This document shows positions 56,101 to 64,000 of a stretch of 64,000 bases of DNA, piece by piece. The DNA lies in assembly GCA_051362555.1 (NCBI GenBank), contig CM120644.1:8564954-8628953 (forward strand). The letters are read 5' to 3'. Made by a program: the position numbers and the translations under genes. The notes beneath the pieces were generated by a model. It was not told where the DNA came from, ran no database searches, and worked only from the letters and a program-made list of their open reading frames with translations. The DNA comes from Lingula anatina. Its lineage: Eukaryota; Animalia; Brachiopoda. Each line of letters starts with the position of its first letter. Positions within the stretch are counted from its first letter, which is position 1.

Positions 56101-59100
56101 CTGGACCATGGACAGTCTTATCTTTGGACTCACTGACCACCTGCTGGAAGGCTGTATGCAGGGCTGTCTTGGCTGAAACAGGAGATGAAATGTGTTAGGT
56201 GTAGCAACTGGATGTGTAGTGTGTTAGGTGTGACAACTGGATGAGTAGCGTGTTATGACAACTGGATGTGTAGTGTGTTAGGTGTGACAACTGGATGAGT
56301 AGCGTGTTATGACAACTGGATGTGCAGTGTGTTAGGTGTGACAACTGGATGAGTAGCGTGTTATGACAACTGGATGTGTAGTGTGTTAGGTGTGACAACT
56401 GGGTGTGTAGTGTGCTAGGTGTGACAACTGGATGTGTAGTGTGTTAAGTGTGACAACTTAATGTGCAGTGTGTTAGGTGTGACAACTGGACGTGTAGTGT
56501 GTTAGGTGTGACAACTGGATGAGTAGCGTGTTATGACAACTGGATGTGCAGTGTGTTAGGTGTGACAACTGGATGAGTAGCGTGTTATGACAACTGGATG
56601 TGTAGTGTGTTAGGTGTGACAACTGGGTGTGTAGTGTGCTAGGTGTGACAACTGGATGTGTAGTGTGTTAAGTGTGACAACTTAATGTGCAGTGTGTTAG
56701 GTGGGACAACTGGACGTGTAGTTGACAACTAGACATGTAGTGTGTTAGGTGTGACAACTGGATGTGTAGTGTGTTAAGTGTGACAACTGGATGTGTAGTG
56801 TGTTAAGTGTGACAACTGGATGTGTATTGTTATATGTGACAACTGGATGTGTAGTGTGTTAAGTGTGACAACTGGATGTGTAGTGTGTTAAGTGTGACAA
56901 CTTAATGTGTAGTGTGTTAGGTGTGACAACTGGACGTGTAGTGTGGCAGTATGTTGTGTGTATGATTCCCTCAGTAATATGGGCATTCTAAATTTTCAAC
57001 ACAAATTTGTAAATGCATTTATCAAGCACACGTACCTGTTATATGTACTTCATATACAATAGTACTCACCATCTGTGAATCGTTTCTCCTTTTGACTTCC
57101 CTTCTCTGGAACTTCACCAGTTAAAACCTCTTGTTCCATCTCATGCCAACACTAGAATATAATTATACAACTTTCAAGTACACAAATTTTCATCAGTGAG
57201 TCATGCATTTATTAAATACCTTATCAAACACATATACCGTATCAAACATAGTTTGCCTTAATATCTGCTGCATCGAAAGATGTCCAATTACGTCAAAATC
57301 ACATGCGCCTAACATGACACAGCCTTCAGGCACAGACATAAGAAAGCCTTAAGGACCAGGATTTATTAGAATCGACTCGATTTTTCTGAAAATCAGTACA
57401 TCAGATGTTTTGCAATAAAAATTCTTAAATCAAAAATCAAATACTGGCACCTAACTGACATAATAGTTTTGAAGCTTGTAAATCCAAATGTCCAGCAATC
57501 CCACCAAATATTTTGCCATTTTTATGCTATAACTAAATCACACACCAATTTTCACTGTGACATCATAATAATTTGCCACTTACCACATCTAAATTCTTTC
57601 TTAGGGACACAACATCTTTGTCATCTTTGAAACTTCCCGGGAACAATGTCCTCAGTATCCCTTTAAATGACAGGGCCAGCATGTGCTGTGTGAGTGGAAT
57701 GTGTTGGTCATCTACCATTGTGCCCCATTTGGCAGCTAATTCTTCAGCAAGCTGGAATTGCATGTACATGAAATAATTAGGTCAGTGAATCTAAAGCCAG
57801 ACGACCTCCTGGTCAGAACATCCGCCTCTACCTCATTTCATGTGCAAGATGGAACTGAATACACAAGGTGACTCTTTTGCTGCTCAATATGATTATTCAT
57901 GATCACCACCACAAACAGTGTCATGACAATATATACAACTGACCTTTGAAAATATAGGACTCATCTTCAGGAGCTGCTCGTTCCTCATGCTGCCATCGTA
58001 CATCTCTCGCCTTTTCCTCCCTGCCCCGCCATTGGTAAAGAGAATGCTGGGAGCACCAAACAAAGGTTTATAAACTTCATATAATTCAGCTGAAATGAGA
58101 CAGTTACAAGAAACATTACATTAAATCTTTAATAATTGTATTACTTGGCTTTACAATTTTAAGAAGTATTGAGATTTTTAATGGAATGCACCATACAAAA
58201 ATAAATTATTATTACTATTACATTAACAGTGGTCAGAATTGCATTCCCAGCCTATTCAGAATAGAAGATCCACAGATCAAATATGGTGGACCCTATATGA
58301 AAGAAAAGACAAGTAAACCACCGATGGTCCCCCCATCTCCACACATGCCATCCTTGCAGGGTCTAGCAATTAAACCTTGCAGCCGTGATTTAATCCATTT
58401 AATGGCGCATATGGAGGCAGGGAGACCATCAGGGGATTAGAAAGCTCTTCTTTCATGTAGGGTCCGCCATATTTGTTCCATATATCAGGGGATCCTCAAA
58501 TCTTCTATTCTGAAGGGGCTCTCAGGGTGACACACCTGGTCAAGTCAACATGAAGAGTGACATACCTGGTCTATCAAAAACATTGGACTGTTGACTAAAC
58601 AACCCTGGCGACGCAGTGCTGACCACCATTTTCTGACCCATCCAGAATGAGGCTATAGGTCCGTGTGTCTCATGGAGTTCAACCAGAAACTCATGGAGAC
58701 TTCCAGCCTTGGCAATGTCAGCTAGGTTCCCATCACTGCAAGTAGAGAAGAAATCAGTGAAAGATACAAAGAAGAATGACCATCTATGTAACCTTATAAG
58801 TGCTTTCTGAGCAGCAGCATGTAGACTATTTTGAAAAAAAAATTAGTGATTCATTTAAACAATGCCTATAATCACTTTCAAACAGATTCTAATAGATACT
58901 TTTAATATAATATAGACTTAATAATTTAGTAACATTACCTTGCAATGACAATATCTATCAACCATTTTCAGTGACATTATTTTATCACTACAAGCTACTT
59001 TACAGTGGTATTTCATGATTCATCAACTGAAATACCACAATATATCACCATAAATGAACCAGACAAGACAAATATGTCTGTTGTCCATTACCATCATAAT

Positions 59101-59625
59101 TATTACCATTCACACAATTGTGATAAGTAAAAAGTATGTTAAGTTGCATCAATGAACCTACTTTGGATCAGAAGGATCTAATCCAGGAATACTGGTCACT
59201 TTTCTTGATCCCTAAAAGTAAGCAAAATATCAAATCTATCCGTTTTTCATGCAATCACATAAGCATGCAATATATTTTTTTCTAAAAACATGTTCTATTT
59301 CTGCGTGGACAAATTGTATGCACGGGTGCAATATGAACATTTTCCTGTTTGCTCCTGTATGCAGAAAATGCACTTAAATAAATGAAATCGATCAGCAGAA
59401 AAAAAGAAGTACTTGTACATGTACTTATACCACTACTGTACATGTACTAGTACATGCACGGCACAGTATGAGTCACAGATGGTGCTTTAACATGATGTTG
59501 TATTTCAGCCAAAATCAAAAGCAGACATTGTCATAAACCAGTGCAATACTTACAGGATATAAGTAAATAACTGCTCCCAACAGAGCAAGGAAAAAGGTGA
59601 TTGCAAAAATGACAAAATCCAACAT
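53160..59625 (-). CDS. CYP20A1: Cytochrome P450 20A1 orthologue, 12 exons, ~469 aa
   Basis: N-terminus MLDFVIFAITFFLALLGAVIYLYP and DGNLADIAKAGSLHEFLVELHETHGPIASFW closely match CYP20A1; ESLR (ExxR), FDPDRF, heme loop FGFAGRRRCPG. Phase-consistent exons 59625-59554, 59211-59162, 58735-58566, 58089-57944, 57751-57584, 57151-57070, 56172-56005, 55495-55372, 54907-54796, 54524-54460, 53729-53573, 53255-53160. Confidence 0.92.
55135..55290 (-). mobile_element. tRNA-derived SINE fragment (Meta-SINE-like core)
   Basis: Minus strand has a B-box GGTTCAATCC followed by GGGTCATGCCTAAGACT...ATGGTACCTGTTGTCTCCTTGCTAAGCACTCAGCAT, resembling conserved invertebrate SINE cores. Confidence 0.55.
56190..56945. 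repeat. Intronic minisatellite, mixed 29-bp and 25-bp units
   Basis: Units GTGTGTTAGGTGTGACAACTGGATGTGTA and GCGTGTTATGACAACTGGATGTGTA with variants. Confidence 0.95.
58255..58514. mobile_element. Palindromic MITE-like insertion in a CYP20A1 intron
   Basis: TTCAGAATAGAAGAT ... ATCTTCTATTCTGAA termini plus an internal inverted pair CAAATATGGTGGACCCTATATGAAAGAA / TTCTTTCATGTAGGGTCCGCCATATTTG. Confidence 0.65.
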
Positions 59626-60621
59626 TTTCACGATCCCTAGATACTTCAACGTGGAACCACCAGAGCTCTGCAACACTTCCGGATTGAGTATTTATATCCG
59701 CCAAGGTTATCCTAAGGTCAACAAAATAGTCCCCAAAACCATGTGACGGGCAATTATTTTATTTCCATATTCAAAGATACAAATATAATAAAATAAGCAA
59801 CCATACGTTTAATTTATCCACGAAAGGAATATATAATAGGAATGACAAAGATTAAAGTAAGAGAACACAAATGTAATGCGTATGGATATGTATCCATCAC
59901 TTCCGTAAACATTACCCCGCCATGTGTAAAATTGAAAGGTCTTGGAAGCCGTAAGGATTCATTGTTCTTCTTTTATGTGGAGACACCGTTGCTCTGTAGG
60001 TTGAGTGCCTTTATATGGTTTTTGGAATAAAATATTTGATTAGAATATGTGGTATTAACAGAGAAAAATAGAAATGATTAATATTAGTGGGTTTTAATTT
60101 ATCAGTCTGATTGAAACTGTACAGATCTGCTATTTTTATCACCGTTTTCACAAGTTAACAGGGCTTAAATGATTAAACAGAAATTCACAATGAACATTTT
60201 AGTTACAAAGTCAGTAGACTCTGCATCTTTCTTATTAACACCTACAAACTACAAAATAAAATTATTAATCTAAATTCAATTTTAGATGTGATTTTCTTGG
60301 ATCTTGTACTAAAATAAGAAAGCTCAGCAGCCCCCACTGTGTTAGAGGACGTCCATTACTGCATAATGTGTTCTCTGCTGCTGTTCCAACCACCTCCCCC
60401 TGATGGCTATGTCACAGTTTGTGAGGCCAACAGTGAGTTAATTGCTTGTCGGGCAGATGACACGATGGCTCAACAAAGGTATATGCAGGTAAGTGCCACT
60501 TCACAGGTAAAATGGAAGCTTCCAGCTTCTGTTAGATTGAATTACCTTAATCGTAACGGTGACAAGGGCTTCTTGTTTTACGAAGCATCTGTCAATTAAA
60601 GAACTCTTGTCTGGTAAATTC

Positions 60622-60671
<50 letters not shown>

Positions 60672-60828
60672 ACTGGCATATCCAGTCAACAAAGCTTTAA
60701 CTTCACAGATAATCTTTTAAATTGATGACTTGGTTACCATGACAATGAGTGGAAAAAATATATCCTGACAAGCGAAGGATGTTTTTCAAAGCATTTTGTA
60801 CTCAGACACAATCTTAATCAGAGAACTA

Positions 60829-60960
60829 TTTCAGGGTCTAACTTACCCTGAGGTCAGTCTGACAGGAGAGGCACTGAGGACATCTTTGTCCCAGGAACAT
60901 GCTAAGTCTGCCTTCATAGAACATAGAACATCACTGAGGAAGAGGCTGCTGTATGCATGG
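60829..60960 (+). other. Possible exon of an unidentified gene transcribed divergently from CYP20A1
   Basis: TTTCAG acceptor, then an open frame GLTYPEVSLTGEALRTSLSQEHAKSAFIEHRTSLRKRLLYA ending at a GT donor; another exon-like stretch at ~60366-60488. Product unknown. Confidence 0.3.
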
Positions 60961-61505
60961 TAGGTTATAATTGATGATATGGGTAATAATAATAATTATA
61001 ATAATAATAATTTATTCAGCTAATATACACTCAGCCATAAAAGTAAGGAAACATTAATATCTTGAATAATTATGTATAAAATAACCAATTTAGCTAAGGT
61101 TAATATAAATTTATTGCATACAGTAGTATCTCAATTATTGAAAAACAATTTCGTTTCTGAACTTTTTTTTTGGCCAAATGTTTTAAAGATATACATCAGA
61201 AACTGTTTTCTGTTGAGCTCTTGATGCTGTTGGTTAAGGTGATGTCTTTATGGTAAGTTTTTTAAAAGTTAATTGAGAAATGGGTGCTGTGAAGCGTATT
61301 AAAAAAAAACTATTGTGACAATCACTTATTTTTTAATGGTTTAGGATTTTCTTATGACATACTTATTATTTTAGGCATGAACACGGTTTATCAGGTGTTG
61401 TGGCTGAGCTTGGAAGCAGTCGCCTGGAAGGTAATTTTGACCATTTGTAATAATCAGTATTGTGGGACTGACCTGAGGTTTTATTAATTTTACGTGATAT
61501 GGATA

Positions 61506-63200
61506 CATTTTTATGTACAGACACAGATGTGTCTGTACATATAGCCATCACCTGCGTCTGTCGTCGCCGTTGCCGTTGCCGTTGCCGTTGGCGTGCACTT
61601 TTACTGTAAACACGATAAGTGGAAAACGGTTTTAAGTTTTGACTTGAAACTTACAGAACTGATTAATATTCATAATATTCAGGTCAAGTTCGAAAATCAG
61701 CATGATCAGGCCATTTTTAGGGAAGTTATGCTGTTTTTTCACTTTTTTCAGCATATATGCAACACCGTAAACACGATAAGTGGAAAACCGTTTTACCTTT
61801 TGGTTTGAAACTTACAGAATTGATGAATTTGTATAATACGCAGGTCAAGTTTGAAAATCAGCATGATCGGGTCATTTTTAGGGAAGTTTTGCTTTTTTTT
61901 CACTTTTTTCAGCATATATGCAACACCGTAAACACGATAAGTGGAAAACCGTTTTACCTTTTGGTTTGAAACTTACAGAACTGATGAATTTGTATAATAC
62001 GCAGGTCAAGTTCGAAAATCAGCATGATCAGGCCATTTTTAGGGAAGTTTTGCTTTTTTTTTCACTTTTTTCAGCATATATGCAACACCGTAAACACGAT
62101 AAGTGGAAAACCGTTTTACCTTTTGGTTTGAAACTTACAGAACTGATGAATTTGTATAATACGCAGGTCAAGTTTGAAAATCAGCATGATCGGGTCATTT
62201 TTAGGGAAGTTTTGCTTTTTTTTCACTTTTTTCAGCATATATGCAACACCGTAAACACGATAAGTGGAAAACCGTTTTACCTTTTGGTTTGAAACTTACA
62301 GAACTGATGAATTTGTATAATACGCAGGTCAAGTTCGAAAATCAGCATGATCAGGCCATTTTTAGGGAAGTTTTGCTTTTTTTTCACTTTTTTCAGCATA
62401 TATGCAACACCTTAAACACGATAAGTGGAAAACCGTTTTACCTTTTGGTTTGAAACTTACAGAACTGATGAATATTTATAATACACAGGTCTAGTTTGTA
62501 AATCAGCATGATTGGGTCATTTTTAGGGAAGTTATGATTTTTTTTCACATTTTCTCTGATTCAATTCTTAGGCATGTTAAATAGTCTCATTATTGAACTA
62601 ATAAGATTTGTAAAAGTGTTTTTTTGACATTTCCTGCATCTTTACAACATTGTTAGTTGACTATATAAAAATGATGGTAAACTTGTTATCGTGTATTGTG
62701 TAATGAAGTGTCAAAAATGGAAATAAACCCATATCATTGCAGTTTGTCAGATTCAATCATCCACTATGTTCAGAATCTCAGAATGGAGGAAATCGGACAT
62801 TTAATACTGTTCTATTGATATTTTTCCCATCTCATCAATTTTCTTAGTTGGTCATATAAAAATGGCAGTAAACTGTTAATTTTGTGTTATGTTAAAAAAG
62901 TGTTAAAAATGGAAATAAACCCATTTCAGAAAAGTGCTGTCTTGTTTACATTTTGGCATTTTCAAGATGTGACTTTGAAGTTCCATGGGCCTGAAGACCT
63001 TTGCTAGTCACATTTTCTGAATATCCATGATACTAATATTTTATTATAAAAAATTGATGGTCATTATGCTGTTAAACATTATGTAATATTGCATCAAAAT
63101 TTGAAGAAACCCCTATTTTGGGCACTGCTCCCATAATGACCATTTAAGGAAAATCATGTCACTTACTGTTCTCAAACTTACAGGAAAGAAACATGGGACT
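61506..63200 (+). mobile_element. HINE/Helentron-like non-autonomous element containing ~6 tandem copies of a ~161-bp core repeat
   Basis: Starts TTTTTATGTACAGACAC with a nearby inverted copy GTGTCTGTACATA, then a (GTC/GTTGCC)n microsatellite and a near-identical tandem array at ~61600-62550, followed by a tail homologous to 50750-51380. Confidence 0.75.
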
Positions 63201-64000
63201 AAAATACAGCTTCAGTAGGCAATGCAGTCTGTTTGGTAATTTTTCTGGCAGTTAAACAGTTTTTTGTGAAAATTTAATTTTTCACATATTGGCTTGGAGT
63301 GCTTTTCTAGTTTTGTTATGTTTTCCTTTTTAATTTTTTCTCAAACACTGGCATTTGTGACTTTTAACTCTCATCTGCCTTAGGCTCTGCACATTTTCTA
63401 TATTTCCACATAAGCAGTTGTATTGTTTTTTCTGTCTTTAAACATTATGTAATATTATTTTATGCACTGTCATCATTTTTCAAATATTGAGACTTTCATC
63501 ATGAGAATTTGAACTCTCATGGTCCTGAAACTGTAATCTTACTGAAGGGGTCTGGGTCTTCCGGAAGACGGTCAGGTTATTAAGTTTATATTGACTGGTA
63601 TCTATTTTTTTCTGTTGGAAGACCAAAAAAAATGGAGGATGGATCAACATAGATACTTTGGAATACTGTCAGAAAATATCTCTGGGTTCGCTCCTGTTAT
63701 TGACCATGGTACCTGTTGTGCATGATTAAAATTCAGTGTTGACTGACAGTGCTATTATAAGCATTATTTATTATTGCATCAAAATTGACAAAATGACCTA
63801 TTTTGCATCTTTATTTTCTGTTTTTTGTCTGTACATTTGACAGCTTTGCTGCCTTGTTATAACAAGCATAGCTAGGTACAATACTGTGAAAGTTGCTCAT
63901 AGGCATTTTACAGGTTGATGTTGAAAGTGGAGTGTTATTAGTAATTTTAAAAGTTTTGATTATTAAAGTTTTGTAGTTAAGATTATAGAAGGGCAATTTA

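Noticed and set aside
56190-56945. Regularly spaced repeats as a CRISPR array or telomeric repeat
   Set aside because: No unique spacers, eukaryotic intron, no cas genes; TTAGG occurs only once per unit, not as a tandem telomeric tract.
60624-60669. Long poly-T run as the tail of a retrocopy
   Set aside because: No TSD or recognisable retroposed body next to it.
61593-62453. Repeated ORFs (MQHRKHDKWKTVLPFGLKL...)
   Set aside because: Translations of the ~161-bp non-coding tandem repeat; the unit length is not a multiple of three and the frames break.

Overview
Eukaryotic (intron-containing, AT-rich) genomic DNA. The gene and repeat content suggests a lophotrochozoan, probably a mollusc (inference). 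The left 10 kb holds a minus-strand Ty3/Gypsy element with a retrovirus-like organisation. It has a gag ORF with two CCHC knuckles ending in UGA-CUAG in frame with protease and pol, and an integrase carrying a chromodomain with an intact aromatic cage. It also has a class I fusion-type env with a furin site and a predicted in-frame splice from the leader, an overlapping leader ORF with two SUMO-interacting motifs, and an extra ORF downstream of env. This element lies in an intron of a secreted SMB/D8C/VWD (VWDE-like) gene, one coding exon of which is split by a full-length, intact L1/Tx1-type LINE with a 15-bp TSD. Further right are an intronless peptide-type GPCR bracketed by ~500-bp direct repeats, a secreted Cys-rich/Tyr-Asn-rich orphan peptide, and four tandem secreted EF-hand (SCP/photoprotein-fold-like) genes. 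The right part also has several non-autonomous DNA transposons and a 12-exon CYP20A1 gene flanked by oppositely oriented HINE/Helentron-like tandem-repeat elements. All calls come from reading the sequence by eye; no database searches were run.
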